A model generated the notes under the pieces. The model was not told the origin of the DNA. It made no database searches and saw only the letters and a list, made by a program, of their open reading frames with translations. Below, in pieces: positions 9,664-20,312 of a DNA stretch of 64,000 bases (positions within the stretch are counted from its first letter, which is position 1; every line of letters begins with the position of its first letter). This DNA comes from Candidatus Hydrothermales bacterium (GTDB taxonomy: Bacteria > Hydrothermota > Hydrothermia > Hydrothermales > JAJRUZ01), in assembly GCA_039630575.1 (NCBI GenBank), contig JBCNUW010000004.1, positions 1 through 64,000 of the forward strand, in the 5' to 3' direction. Both the position numbers and the translations under genes were made by a program.

Positions 9664-10056
9664 CTATCCCTCCTTTCCTTCAATTCCCAGTATATTTAAA
9701 ACTTTATTCACAAATTCCTTAAGTTTAAAGGGTTTTTCAAAATAAGCTTCAACTCCAATTTTTTCTGCCTCAATATGCACAGCCTCTGAACCATAGGCTG
9801 TCATTAAAATAAGGTGGGTATCAGGATACTTCTCCTTTACTATTTTTAAAAGATCCATACCATTCATCTGTCCAGGAAGTTTTAAATCTGAAATAACAAG
9901 ATCAAACTTTTTCTCTTTTATTTTATCAAGACCCTCCTCAGCTGTTTCACAAAGAACAACCTCAAAGGCACCTGTAGCAGAAAAGAGAATCTCATACAGT
10001 GCCATTCCGAGTAACTTTTCGTCCTCTACAATCAAGATTCTTTTTTCTGGTTTCAT
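9664..10056 (-). CDS. Single-domain response regulator (receiver only)
   Basis: ILIVEDE, DLVISD(LKLPG), MTAY, KPF. Confidence 0.92.
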   Translation of the reverse strand: MKPEKRILIVEDEKLLGMALYEILFSATGAFEVVLCETAEEGLDKIKEKKFDLVISDLKLPGQMNGMDLLKIVKEKYPDTHLILMTAYGSEAVHIEAEKIGVEAYFEKPFKLKEFVNKVLNILGIEGKEG

Positions 10057-10069
10057 TTTTTGAAATTTG

Positions 10070-11665
10070 CTATGGATTTGAACCTTTTATAAACTTCTCC
10101 GGTATATAAATTAAAAATTTTGTTCCTCTATTTATTATACTTGATACCTTTATTATAAATCCATGAGAATCAACTACCTTTTTAACAAAGGACAATCCTA
10201 ATCCAGCTCCCTTTTCTTTTGTTGTGAAAAATGGTTCAAAAATCTTTTCTAGATATTTATCTTCAATCCCTTTTCCATTATCTTCAATTTCAAGAATAAA
10301 ATCTAAATTTTTCTTAAAATTAATTCTGATCTCCCCCATCTTTTCTATTGCCTCTATTGAATTTTTTATCAAATTAATAAGTAAAAGCTCAAACTTAATT
10401 TCATCACATAAAATTTTTATATCTTCGGGAACATTTACATCAAAAACTATATTCTTACCTTTTACGAAAAACCTACTGAGAGAAACAGATTTCTCAATGA
10501 TACTCTTAAGAGAATTCCAACTTAAATTAACTTTAAAAGGTTTTGAAATCTCAAGTAAAGAGGAAAGTAAATAATTCATAGTGCTACTTTCATCTTTTAA
10601 AGTCTTTAATAGTTCTTTTATTTTTTCATCTTTTACCTTTAATTCAAGGAGCTCAGCTAGTCCCAAGATACCTGAAATTAAATTTTTAAGCTCGTGAACA
10701 AGTCCTGCTGTTACTTTTCCAACAAAAGCAAGTTTTTCTTCTTGTGTTCTTTTTTCAAGTAAAGTTTTTAACTCTTCCTCAAGATTTTCCTTTTTCTCTC
10801 TCAATTCTCGTATGAAGTTTACATTTTCTATCGTTATTGAAAGGGTATTAGCAATCATTTCTATGGTTTTTATCTCTTCTAAATCAAAAGTTCCCCTTTT
10901 CTTTTTTATATATAAAACTCCATGAACAAAATCCTTTGTAGGGACAAGCACTGAAAGCTCAGGTCCCTTTAAAATTGTTTTCATACTCATTACAGCCTCT
11001 CCAGGAATTGAAAGTTCAATATTTAAAATTTCAAAATTATCTCTACCTATGAAAGAGAAAGGAATAAGAAAGTTACCTTTGACCTTATAAAAACAGAGTG
11101 ATTCTATATTATCCAAATTTTCATATATATTCTTTATGATATAATCTGAAACCCTTTTCTCATCCTGAACTCTTGTAGAAAAAAGAATAAGATCATAACT
11201 TAACTCAAGTCTTTTTTCAGATTCTTTTCTTTTTTTATAAAGATAAGAGGTTAAAAAAATAGGACCTATAAAGGATGAAAGGATCTTTAGGTCAAAAATG
11301 GTATTCTCTTTAAGCTTGTCTTTAAAATCAATTAAAATAAATCCAAAAAGCTCTCCAAAATGATAAAATGGAAAATAAAATGTATAAGATGACTCAGAGA
11401 CTAAATTTTTATAAAAGGGAATATTTTCAATCTTTTCAAAAAAGGGATCTTTTATGTTAGAAAAATAACTTATTATTTCACTCTCATTCTCATAACTTCT
11501 AAACAAGGGCTTAATTTGGTCTTTTTTTTCACCAATAAAAACATCAAAAGAAGAGTATCCCTTAAAAAAGTTTCTTAAAAAAGCTTCAAGAAACCTCTTT
11601 ACTCTTTCAAGGTCTATTTCTGCTGAAATTTCTTTTATAAAAGACAAAAGTATAGAGCCTTCCAT
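10070..11665 (-). CDS. Cytoplasmic sensor histidine kinase with GAF-like N-terminal domains
   Basis: H-box VHELKN, N-box NLIKNSIEA, DNGKGI, FEPFFTTK, GAGLGL; no clear TM segment. Confidence 0.92.
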   Translation of the reverse strand: MEGSILLSFIKEISAEIDLERVKRFLEAFLRNFFKGYSSFDVFIGEKKDQIKPLFRSYENESEIISYFSNIKDPFFEKIENIPFYKNLVSESSYTFYFPFYHFGELFGFILIDFKDKLKENTIFDLKILSSFIGPIFLTSYLYKKRKESEKRLELSYDLILFSTRVQDEKRVSDYIIKNIYENLDNIESLCFYKVKGNFLIPFSFIGRDNFEILNIELSIPGEAVMSMKTILKGPELSVLVPTKDFVHGVLYIKKKRGTFDLEEIKTIEMIANTLSITIENVNFIRELREKKENLEEELKTLLEKRTQEEKLAFVGKVTAGLVHELKNLISGILGLAELLELKVKDEKIKELLKTLKDESSTMNYLLSSLLEISKPFKVNLSWNSLKSIIEKSVSLSRFFVKGKNIVFDVNVPEDIKILCDEIKFELLLINLIKNSIEAIEKMGEIRINFKKNLDFILEIEDNGKGIEDKYLEKIFEPFFTTKEKGAGLGLSFVKKVVDSHGFIIKVSSIINRGTKFLIYIPEKFIKGSNP

Positions 11666-11680
11666 CTTTTAATTTTAAGA

Positions 11681-12214
11681 CTATTTTATTTTAAATTCTA
11701 TAATTTTTTTTTCATTTTTCATCGTTATATTACCCCAAAAAGTACCAATTATCATTCCTGCAAGAACATCTGTTGCCCAGTGTCTATCTAAGTATATTCT
11801 TGAAATTCCAACTAAAAAAGCCCAACTGTAAAGTAAAAATTTTAGATCTTTATGCCTTTTTGAAAATATGTAGGCAAAGGCAAAGGAACCAGCAGCATGT
11901 CCAGAAGGAAAGGCGTAATCAAAAGTACTTTTAACCTCTCCTGAAGGTCTTTTTCTTTTAAAAAGATACTTTAAAGTCAATACTGAGAGAGAAGAAAAGC
12001 TTACACCAAAAAGTAATAACTTAGCATCATCTTTTTCATGATCTGAAAAAAGATTTGAAAGTATAACCTCACTAATAAGAAAAACTTCCTTATCTGCCGT
12101 TTTTGTTAGAAAGGTAAAAGTTTTATCAAGAAAGGGAGTTCTATTTCTTTGGAAAAATTCCCTTACACTCCTATCAAAGGGGTTATCAAAAATTAAAAAA
12201 ATTAAAAGTATCAT
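11681..12214 (-). CDS. PAP2-family phosphatase
   Basis: K...KRKRP, FPSGH, SRIYLDRHWATDV. Confidence 0.92.
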   Translation of the reverse strand: MILLIFLIFDNPFDRSVREFFQRNRTPFLDKTFTFLTKTADKEVFLISEVILSNLFSDHEKDDAKLLLFGVSFSSLSVLTLKYLFKRKRPSGEVKSTFDYAFPSGHAAGSFAFAYIFSKRHKDLKFLLYSWAFLVGISRIYLDRHWATDVLAGMIIGTFWGNITMKNEKKIIEFKIK

Positions 12215-12981
12215 CTTCCATATAGAAGTCTATCACCAAGGAACTGTGGCAAGCCATTTTCAATAATCTTTTTTCTTGCAAGATCCACATTATAAAAAAC
12301 TCTATAAAATAATAATTCTTTTTTATCAATGTCAAAAATCATAAAGCAAGATTTGGGATCACCGTCTCTGGGTTGACCAACACTACCTGGATTTATAAGA
12401 TAATCAGTATCGTCTTCAACATTATATTTAAAAATAAAAAAATTCTTCTTTTTTTCATAAGTTATATCTTTATAACCAAACTTAAAAAACTTTCCCTCTC
12501 TTTTTCTTTTATAAATTGATGGAATATGAGTATGACCAAAAAAAACTAACCCCTTTTCAATACTTTGAAATTCAAAAATAGCCTCTTCAAGAGAAAAAAT
12601 ATAAAAAAAGGACTCAGGAGCTGAAGGAGCTGTATGGACAATTTCAAAATCATCACTTACTTTTTCCCTAAAATTTAATTCTTTTATAAAGTATTTGTTT
12701 TCCTCCTTTATTACTTTATAAGTCCATTCAATAGCCTTGAGTGCATACTCATTTAGATTTTTCCTTTCATCTATATTAATTAGAGCCAAGTCATGGTTAC
12801 CAAGAACAGTGAGTTTTGCATTTTCTCTTATAAAATCAGTGCAGAGATTAGGATCAGCACCATAACCTACGATATCTCCAAGGCAGAGTATTTCGTCATA
12901 TCCCTCGTCTTTCGCGATCTTAATAACACTCTCAAGTGCCTCGTAATTAGAATGTATATCAGAAAGAATAAGATATCTCAT
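12211..12981 (-). CDS. Metallophosphoesterase (calcineurin-like)
   Basis: SDIH, GDIVGYG, GNHD, GHTH, NPGSVGQPRDGDP. Confidence 0.92.
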   Translation of the reverse strand: MRYLILSDIHSNYEALESVIKIAKDEGYDEILCLGDIVGYGADPNLCTDFIRENAKLTVLGNHDLALINIDERKNLNEYALKAIEWTYKVIKEENKYFIKELNFREKVSDDFEIVHTAPSAPESFFYIFSLEEAIFEFQSIEKGLVFFGHTHIPSIYKRKREGKFFKFGYKDITYEKKKNFFIFKYNVEDDTDYLINPGSVGQPRDGDPKSCFMIFDIDKKELLFYRVFYNVDLARKKIIENGLPQFLGDRLLYGR

Positions 12982-13388
12982 TTTCTTATGCTTTTACCTA
13001 TTTTATCAAGAACCCCGTTTATAAACTTGACTGCCTTTTCATCTACAAAAATGTTTGTTATTTTTAAAAGTTCTTCAATTATCACTTTAAGTGGAGTATC
13101 AGGACAAAAAAGAATCTCTCCAACTCCGAATCTAAGAACAGACTTCTCAAAGGGTAAAACTCTCTCAAAATCCCAGTTCTGTAAATTTTTTTTTATTAAA
13201 TCATCAATGACATCTAAATTTTTACAAAATTTTTCAAGATAAATTTTAGCAATCTCAACCTCTTCTCCTTTCTCTTTTTCAATTAAATACAATGGATCAT
13301 CACCTAAAAGTTCACTTCTATATAGTAAATTTATAGCAAGTAACCTTCCTTTTGTTTGTTTACTTAATTTAACTTTTAAGGATTTCAT
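12978..13388 (-). CDS. nusB: Transcription antitermination factor NusB
   Basis: NWDFERV...EKSVLR, VIIEE, KFINGVLDKI. Confidence 0.88.
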   Translation of the reverse strand: MKSLKVKLSKQTKGRLLAINLLYRSELLGDDPLYLIEKEKGEEVEIAKIYLEKFCKNLDVIDDLIKKNLQNWDFERVLPFEKSVLRFGVGEILFCPDTPLKVIIEELLKITNIFVDEKAVKFINGVLDKIGKSIRK

Positions 13389-14478
13389 TAAGAGATCTTA
13401 CAAGCTTTATATTGTCAACTCTTCTTCCAACAGTAATTCTAAGTGAATTTGGAAAAAGAGATTTAGGTAAAGGTCTTGTTATTATCCCTCTTTTGAGTAG
13501 TTCCCTATAAACAATCTCTGAATCCTTTTCAAATTTTACGAATATAAAATTAGCATCTGATTTTAAATAGAAAACATTCATCTTATCAAAATTTCTATAC
13601 AAAAATTTCTTTTCTCTTAAAATTTTCTCTCTTAAATTCTTTAGAAAATCCTCATCATCAAGGGCATAAAGAGCAGCAAACTGAGCTAACCTATTCACAT
13701 TAAAAGGAATCTTTACTTTATATAAAGCATTAATTATTTTAGGTCTTGCTATAAGATAACCTATCCTTAACCCAGCTAAACCGTAAGCTTTAGATAAGGT
13801 TCTTAGAATTATTAAATTTTCATATTCTTTATAAAGTTCGAAGGCGTTGGGGAAATTCTGACTTTCAACAAAATGGGTATAGGCCTCATCTAATACAACA
13901 AGAGTATCCCCTTTTACTTTTTTTAAGAGATACTCTACATCTTGATGAGAAAAACTTGTTCCTGTTGGATTATTTGGATTAGCAAGAAAAATTAATCTTG
14001 TGTTACTTCTTAGATTATCTGCAATTTTAACTGGATCACAAGAAAGATTTCTTTCATTTAAGGGAATCTCGACTACTTTTGCATTAAATATTTTTGAGAC
14101 AATCTTATACATTGGAAAAGAACCACTGTTATACATCACATAAACATTTTCATCGAGAAAAGCCATTCCAAGATAATACAAAAGCTCAACAGAACCGTTA
14201 CCCACAATTATTTCGTCCTCCTTTACCTTATGTTTTTCAGCAATTTTTTTTCTTAAATAATAACAAGAATCATCCGGATATAAATTCATCTCATTAAGAT
14301 ACCTTCTCATTGCCTTTTTAGCATAGGGAGAAACTCCATAAAGATTTTCATTTGAGGCTAATTTAATAATTTCTTTTAATCCATATTCTCTTTGCACCTC
14401 TTCAATTGGCTTTCCTGGCTGATAGGGTTCAAGGTCAACTAAATTTTTCTTTATTAAATTAGAAATTTCCTCCTTCAT
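13369..14478 (-). CDS. hisC: Histidinol-phosphate/aromatic aminotransferase
   Basis: YQPGKP, KLASNEN, NPNNPTG, DEAY, RTLSKAYGLAGLRIGY. Confidence 0.9.
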   Translation of the reverse strand: MKEEISNLIKKNLVDLEPYQPGKPIEEVQREYGLKEIIKLASNENLYGVSPYAKKAMRRYLNEMNLYPDDSCYYLRKKIAEKHKVKEDEIIVGNGSVELLYYLGMAFLDENVYVMYNSGSFPMYKIVSKIFNAKVVEIPLNERNLSCDPVKIADNLRSNTRLIFLANPNNPTGTSFSHQDVEYLLKKVKGDTLVVLDEAYTHFVESQNFPNAFELYKEYENLIILRTLSKAYGLAGLRIGYLIARPKIINALYKVKIPFNVNRLAQFAALYALDDEDFLKNLREKILREKKFLYRNFDKMNVFYLKSDANFIFVKFEKDSEIVYRELLKRGIITRPLPKSLFPNSLRITVGRRVDNIKLVRSLNEILKS

Positions 14479-15301
14479 AATATTCCCTCCTTAATGCTTC
14501 AAGGGGAGTATCCTTTTCCCCTAAAAATTCAGCGCAAGTAAAAACTCTATCTCCATAAACTTCTCTAAAACTTTTAATGTAATTACTATAACTTAAATCT
14601 CTCACAAAGTGGTGATCTAAAACTAATTTTGATTCATTTAATTCCTTTAAAATATCTGATATATCTCTAACAAATTCATCTATTTCAGATTTTTTGCTCT
14701 GATAAAGAGAAGGACCGTCAACAAAAAAATAATCTATCCTCTTACCTTTCAGAAACTCCCTTAAAGTTTTATCCCATAACCCTTGAGTGTCTGAAGAGTA
14801 AAAAAGGCTTTTTTTTTCCTCTATGATAAATCCGATTACTTTTCCCTCTCTCTTTGCTCTACCATGCCATAATCCATCTGAAAATAAAATTTTTGTTCTA
14901 TTAAAACTAAATTCTTTAAAATCAGCAAAAAAATATCTAACACCCCTTTTCTGCAACTCTTCTACAAATTTTTTTGCTCTTGTTACTTGCATATAATTCA
15001 TGTCCTTTTTATAATCCTTTATTAAAAGAATTTTTCCTAAAAAAATATCTAAATCAAAAAAGGGATAATGATCGTTATGAAAATGGCTTATTATAACAAT
15101 ATCACTCTGTAAAACATGATATCTAATTTTCTTATAGGTCTCATTTAGATTGTAAATCTCCCGGGGTGTAGGAGGATAGCCGTTTCTTCTTGGAGCAAGA
15201 GCACAGGATGGGTCAACTGTTATTTTTATGTCAGAAGTTTCAACATAAAAAGAAAAGGCTCTCGTTCCAAGACTATCCGCTCCCAGTGGAACAATTCTCA
15301 T
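14459..15301 (-). CDS. Metallo-beta-lactamase-fold protein, UPF0282-like (archaeal-type)
   Basis: [38 protein letters not shown]. Confidence 0.8.
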   Translation of the reverse strand: MRIVPLGADSLGTRAFSFYVETSDIKITVDPSCALAPRRNGYPPTPREIYNLNETYKKIRYHVLQSDIVIISHFHNDHYPFFDLDIFLGKILLIKDYKKDMNYMQVTRAKKFVEELQKRGVRYFFADFKEFSFNRTKILFSDGLWHGRAKREGKVIGFIIEEKKSLFYSSDTQGLWDKTLREFLKGKRIDYFFVDGPSLYQSKKSEIDEFVRDISDILKELNESKLVLDHHFVRDLSYSNYIKSFREVYGDRVFTCAEFLGEKDTPLEALRREYYEGGNF

Positions 15302-15749
15302 AATTCGAAATTTTTTTAACCCTTAACTCATGTCTTCCACCCTCAAAAGGAGTGTTAAGAAACTTAAAAACAATATTTTCAATCTCTTTAATATCACTTA
15401 AATCCTTTGCCCCAAGTGTTAAAACATTAGCATTGTTATGTGCCCTTGCAAGATAAGCATCCTCCTCATCTCTACAAAGAGCAGCTCTTACACCCTTTAC
15501 CTTGTTTGCAGCTATGACCATACCAATTCCTGTCATACAGATAAGAATTCCAAAATCTGCCTCCTTTTCCCTAATTTTCTCACCTACCCTTATTGCAAAA
15601 TCAGGATAATCAGTTGATTCTTCTGAAAAACCTCCCAAATCAATTATTTCGTAGTTTTTTTCAATTAATAACTTTTTTATGATTTCCTTTAACTTAAAAC
15701 CCCTGTGATCAGCTCCAAGTGCTACTTTTATTTTAGAGGTGTAAGCCAT
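15273..15749 (-). CDS. rpiB: Ribose-5-phosphate isomerase B
   Basis: [36 protein letters not shown]. Confidence 0.95.
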   Translation of the reverse strand: MAYTSKIKVALGADHRGFKLKEIIKKLLIEKNYEIIDLGGFSEESTDYPDFAIRVGEKIREKEADFGILICMTGIGMVIAANKVKGVRAALCRDEEDAYLARAHNNANVLTLGAKDLSDIKEIENIVFKFLNTPFEGGRHELRVKKISNYENCSTGSG

Positions 15750-16654
15750 CCGTACTTATCCTCTATATCACCGTTTATATAACTGAAAAACAGTTCTTGC
15801 AGGTGTTTCGTTATCTTTCCCCTTTTGCCATCACCAATTATCATTTTATCAATACTTCTTATTGGTGTTATTTCTGCTGCAGTTCCTGTAAAGAAAACCT
15901 CATCAGCTATGTAAAGAAATTCTCTCGGTAACATCACCTCTCTCACCTCGTAACCTGCGTCCCTTGCAAGTTTTATAACTGTATCCCTTGTTATTCCAGG
16001 CAAGATACAGGCATCAAGAAAGGGGGTGTATATAACTCCTTCTCTTACCACAAAAATGTTTTCACCTGAACCCTCTGAGACAAAACCCATCGCATCAAGA
16101 GCAATACCCTCTGAAAATCCATATAAAACTGCCTCCATCTTTATAAGTTGTCCGTTAGCATAATTACCTGATGCCTTCGCAAGAGGAGGTACAGTGTTGG
16201 GAGCTATCCTTGTCCAAGATGAAACCATAACATCAACTCCTTTTTCAAGAGCCTCAGGTCCAAGATACTTACCCCATTCCCAAACTGCAATAACAACTTC
16301 AACAGGACATTCAAGAGGATTAACACCTAAAGAGTGATAACCCCTAAAAACTATCGGTCTTATATAGCATTCTGAAAGCCCATTCTCTAAAACTGTTTTT
16401 TTACAAGCTTCAATCATTTCATTAAAGGAAAAAGGAATTTCCATTCTATAAATTTTCGCAGAATCAAAAAGTCTTTTTATATGTTCTTTCAATCTGAAAA
16501 TATATGGTCCCTTTTTAGTATTGTAACATCTTATCCCTTCAAATACTGAAGAAGCATAGTGTAGAGCATGTGTCAAAACATGTATCTTAGCCTCTTTCCA
16601 GGGAACAAATTCTCCATTCATCCAAATGTATTTTGCCTCTTTTAAGGAACTCAT
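15728..16654 (-). CDS. ilvE: Branched-chain amino acid aminotransferase
   Basis: HALHY..SVFEGIR, YIRP, AKASGNY, EGSGEN, GITR, GTAAE. Confidence 0.95.
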   Translation of the reverse strand: MSSLKEAKYIWMNGEFVPWKEAKIHVLTHALHYASSVFEGIRCYNTKKGPYIFRLKEHIKRLFDSAKIYRMEIPFSFNEMIEACKKTVLENGLSECYIRPIVFRGYHSLGVNPLECPVEVVIAVWEWGKYLGPEALEKGVDVMVSSWTRIAPNTVPPLAKASGNYANGQLIKMEAVLYGFSEGIALDAMGFVSEGSGENIFVVREGVIYTPFLDACILPGITRDTVIKLARDAGYEVREVMLPREFLYIADEVFFTGTAAEITPIRSIDKMIIGDGKRGKITKHLQELFFSYINGDIEDKYGWLTPLK

Positions 16655-16669
16655 TTTTTTAATGTTTTT

Positions 16670-17119
16670 TTAAAGGGAATTAAACCCTTTGAATAAGATT
16701 TTTTCAATAAAAGACTTTTCAAAACCCCTCCTTAGAAAATACCTATATATGTTTTCCTCAGTTAATCCTTTTCTTTTAAAATTTTCTAATATCTTGCAAG
16801 ATGTCTCTAAAATAATATCCTCATCATATTCTTTTTCAACAACTTTTTTAGCAGTTTCTAAAGTCACACCCTTTTTTAAAAGTTTTTCTATCAGTAAGTC
16901 TTTTGAAACTGGTCTTTTATTTATCTCTTCTATTACAAATAATCTCGCAAATTTTTCATCATCAATAACACCCTCTCTTTCAAGTCTTTCAATTTCTTTT
17001 TTAATTTCTTCCTCATTAAATCCCATATTTTTTAGTCTTAAATAAATTTCCTTTCTTGTTCTTGGTCTATATTTAAAAAGTAAATCTATGTATTTTTTTA
17101 CATCCTTTATTTTTTTCAC
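16670..17119 (-). CDS. recX: RecA regulator RecX
   Basis: RPRTRKEI, IDDEKFA, L.KKGV, FLRRGF. Confidence 0.85.
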   Translation of the reverse strand: MKKIKDVKKYIDLLFKYRPRTRKEIYLRLKNMGFNEEEIKKEIERLEREGVIDDEKFARLFVIEEINKRPVSKDLLIEKLLKKGVTLETAKKVVEKEYDEDIILETSCKILENFKRKGLTEENIYRYFLRRGFEKSFIEKILFKGFNSL

Positions 17120-18366
17120 CTTATTCCTTCCCTTTTTATTCTCAAAAGTGGAACAAGTAAAATCGGGGCAAGTAAGGTAGTAATAAAAGTTGCCATTATA
17201 GCTACTCCATAAAGATCATGTGATATAACACCTCTTGCAAGAGCAACTCCAGCAACAATTAGTGCAACCTCACCTCTTGGTATCATACCAACTCCTATCC
17301 TTGTTGCTCCAAGTATATTAAATTTAACTATGAAAGCAGGAATACTACAACCTACTATTTTTGAAAGTATTGCAATCAGAGTAATTATGACACCAAACAG
17401 CAAAGATCTAAACATAGAACTTAAATCTACAAGCATTCCCATAACAACAAAGAAAATAGGAACTAAGAAATGATACACACCTTTTAAATCCTTAACAATT
17501 TCTTCTTTTAATTCTGTAGTGGAAAAAGCAAGACCTATAGCATAAGAACCAATAATCATAGCAAGACCAAAGTATTCAGCAATATAGGATGAAAAAAAGG
17601 TAAGTGATAGCACGATTGAAAGCCAAGCACCTTCTGATTTGAGTTTTTTTAACAACTTTGTAAGTGGTTTTACAACAATTAGACCAACTGCAAGTATAAT
17701 AAACCATATAGAAAAAGCCTTTAGTGCTATAAAAGAAGCACCCTTTAAGGAAACCTCTCCACTTTCTACTATACTCACAACAATTGTAAGAACAAGTATC
17801 CCCAGAACATCATCAATAACAGCAGCTGCAAGAATTGAAACACCCTCTGGAGTATTAATTTTTTCCATATCAGAGAGAATTCGTGCAGTTATACCTACTG
17901 AAGTGGCAGTAAGTATTGCTCCCATAAAAAGTGCCTTAGGGTCAATGAAAGAATTAGCAAATCCGAATATGATCGTAAAAATATCTCCCAAAATGAAGGG
18001 TAAAAGAACACCACCTACACCAATAAGGAATGCTGGACCAAAGTATCTGAAAAAAAGAGAAATATCTGTCTCCACACCTGCTATAAAAAGAAGAATTATA
18101 ACAGCAACTTGAGCAATTGCATAGAGCTCTGAGGAAATTCCGAGAATGTTGCTATGCTCAACAGGGAACACAGGAGAAAAACCAGGAAGTTTTATATGTT
18201 TTCCAAGAAAAAAGGGACTAATTAATATACCTACCAAAAGTTCTCCAAGAACAGATGGCTGTCTTAGAAACCTCTCGAAAATCTCTCCACCCAACTTTGC
18301 CAAAAAGATTATTAAACTAATCTGAGTTACAAGATGAAAGGCAATTTCAGTTAAATTTGATTCCAT
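17116..18366 (-). CDS. Cation:proton antiporter (CPA2/NapA-like)
   Basis: QPSVLGEL, ATSVGIT, AAVIDDV, PRGEVA; multiple TM helices. Confidence 0.92.
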   Translation of the reverse strand: MESNLTEIAFHLVTQISLIIFLAKLGGEIFERFLRQPSVLGELLVGILISPFFLGKHIKLPGFSPVFPVEHSNILGISSELYAIAQVAVIILLFIAGVETDISLFFRYFGPAFLIGVGGVLLPFILGDIFTIIFGFANSFIDPKALFMGAILTATSVGITARILSDMEKINTPEGVSILAAAVIDDVLGILVLTIVVSIVESGEVSLKGASFIALKAFSIWFIILAVGLIVVKPLTKLLKKLKSEGAWLSIVLSLTFFSSYIAEYFGLAMIIGSYAIGLAFSTTELKEEIVKDLKGVYHFLVPIFFVVMGMLVDLSSMFRSLLFGVIITLIAILSKIVGCSIPAFIVKFNILGATRIGVGMIPRGEVALIVAGVALARGVISHDLYGVAIMATFITTLLAPILLVPLLRIKREGIR

Positions 18367-18415
18367 TAACTTATTAATTTTATGGTCTTGGGATTTGGGT
18401 TTTCAATTAAATTCT

Positions 18416-18835
18416 TTACTTTATTGGTACTATTTCTATGCTGTATGTAATATCAGCAGTTTCTTTTAACATGTTAGAAACAGAACAGTACTTTGATAAC
18501 GAAAGTTCTATTGCCTTTAAGAGTTTATCCATGGGTAAGTTTTCTCCACCAAAAAGATACTTAATATGTATTTTCTTAAAAACTTTAGGATGTTCATCTC
18601 TTCGTTCTCCTTCAATTTCGATTCCAAAATAACTAAAATTCACTTTCATCTTATGAAGGATGGAAACCACATCCATACCGGTACAGCCTCCAAGAGCAAT
18701 CAAAACAGTCTCCATAGGAGAGGGTGCAGAGTCAAATCCTCCTAAATCCTTTTTTGTATCAAGAAAAAGTTCATGTCCTCTTTCATTTTTGCCCTTAAAT
18801 TTAAGACCCTCAAGGTTTTGCAAAGTTACTTTCAT
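18416..18835 (-). CDS. OsmC/YhfA family protein
   Basis: PSPME..L..LGGCTGMDV and SKYCSV (two Cys). Confidence 0.92.
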   Translation of the reverse strand: MKVTLQNLEGLKFKGKNERGHELFLDTKKDLGGFDSAPSPMETVLIALGGCTGMDVVSILHKMKVNFSYFGIEIEGERRDEHPKVFKKIHIKYLFGGENLPMDKLLKAIELSLSKYCSVSNMLKETADITYSIEIVPIK

Positions 18836-20312
18836 TTTCTTCCTCCTTTAAAAGAGATAATGAAAATTCCTTTTCAAATTTTGAAATTATATCGAAGTTT
18901 TCTTTTCTTTCCTTTTGTTCAATTTCAATTTTTAACTCAAAATTACTCCCTAAAGTTCTTCTAATTATATCTTTCAACTTATCCATTTCTTTTTCAACTA
19001 TTTCCTTTTCCACTCCGTCTTTAATTTTTAAATAAATAATTTTATCCTTAAATTCTGCCTTTTCCTTAAAAATAGAATAAACAAGTATTCCAAGGTTTTT
19101 AAGCTCAATTAGGAAAATTTCATAAAGAGATAAATCTTGGGACTTAGCTTGTATCTTATCTTCCTCCTTTTCTTTTTTAAATTCTCTATCTATTTCAACA
19201 ACTGCACCACCTTTTTCTATAATATCCTCAATTTCATAACTCCTTGGCAGGTAAATCATCTTATAGAAAGCATGGCTGGTTAAAATCCTGGGATCGGAAA
19301 TAAAGTAAATTGTTTTCTGAACATCAAAAATATGATTCATAAATCTAATTATGTCAATCTTTGATAAATTTTTATAATATCTTTTATAGATATTTTTTTC
19401 CATATTTTTTAATACATCCTCTAAGAAAAATAGGAAAGATCTTAAAATGTCTCTTTCAGTGTACTTCATCAAGATTTCATCTAAAAATTTTAGAAGCTCT
19501 AAGCCTTTTCTTTCTGAAATTAATTCAAGTAAAGTTTGCATTGATTCTTCTGGCAAAAAACCTATCACTTCCCTTACTTTATTTTCTAAAACTTCTCCAC
19601 CAGAGAAGTAATGGGCTTTTTCAAGAAGTAAAAGAGAGTCCCTTAAACTTCCACCTGCACTTTTTGTTATAAGTCTTAAAGCTCCCTCATCATATTTTAT
19701 GTTCTCTGTTTCACAGACTTGTTTTAGCCTTTCGAAAATTTTTTCTTCAGATATAGGTGTAAACTCAAAAACAAGACATCTTGATTGAATTGTTTCTGGA
19801 ACTTTATAAAGCTCAGTAGTAGCAAAGATAAAGAAAACCTTTTTTGGTGGTTCTTCAAGAGTTTTTAAAAGAGCATTAAAGGCATCCTTTGAAAACATAT
19901 GAACCTCATCAATTATAAAAATTTTATACTTAAACTTAGTTGGGACAAGTTTTGTCATTTCAATAATATTTTTTGCTTCCTGTATCCCTCTATACGAAGC
20001 ACCATCTATTTCAAGAACATCCAGTGAGGATCCCCTTTTGATTTCTAAACAAGGAGCACAGCTATCACAGGGTTCACCATCTTTTGAATCTTCGCAATTT
20101 AAAGCCTTTGCAACTATCCTTGCAACTGAAGTTTTACCACTTCCTCTTGGACCAGAAAACAAAAGTGCCTGAATCTCATTTCCAAGTTTACCCATTCTTA
20201 TCGCATTTTTTAGAGTGATCTTTATCGTATCCTGAGAGACAATTTCACTGAATTTTTGTGGTCTATATTTCCTTGCAAAATTTAGATTAACTCCCTTATT
20301 TTCCTCTCCCAT
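18810..20312 (-). CDS. dnaX: DNA polymerase III gamma/tau subunit
   Basis: ARKYRP, GPRGSGKT, Zn-binding Cys cluster, IIDEVHM, LKTLEEPP, SRC. Confidence 0.95.
   Translation of the reverse strand: MGEENKGVNLNFARKYRPQKFSEIVSQDTIKITLKNAIRMGKLGNEIQALLFSGPRGSGKTSVARIVAKALNCEDSKDGEPCDSCAPCLEIKRGSSLDVLEIDGASYRGIQEAKNIIEMTKLVPTKFKYKIFIIDEVHMFSKDAFNALLKTLEEPPKKVFFIFATTELYKVPETIQSRCLVFEFTPISEEKIFERLKQVCETENIKYDEGALRLITKSAGGSLRDSLLLLEKAHYFSGGEVLENKVREVIGFLPEESMQTLLELISERKGLELLKFLDEILMKYTERDILRSFLFFLEDVLKNMEKNIYKRYYKNLSKIDIIRFMNHIFDVQKTIYFISDPRILTSHAFYKMIYLPRSYEIEDIIEKGGAVVEIDREFKKEKEEDKIQAKSQDLSLYEIFLIELKNLGILVYSIFKEKAEFKDKIIYLKIKDGVEKEIVEKEMDKLKDIIRRTLGSNFELKIEIEQKERKENFDIISKFEKEFSLSLLKEEENESNFAKP

Noticed and set aside
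19165..19185. AAAAAAG in dnaX as a programmed -1 frameshift site (gamma/tau)
   Set aside because: It is in the wrong phase (AAA AAA G), no stimulatory hairpin is evident, and such runs are common in this genome.
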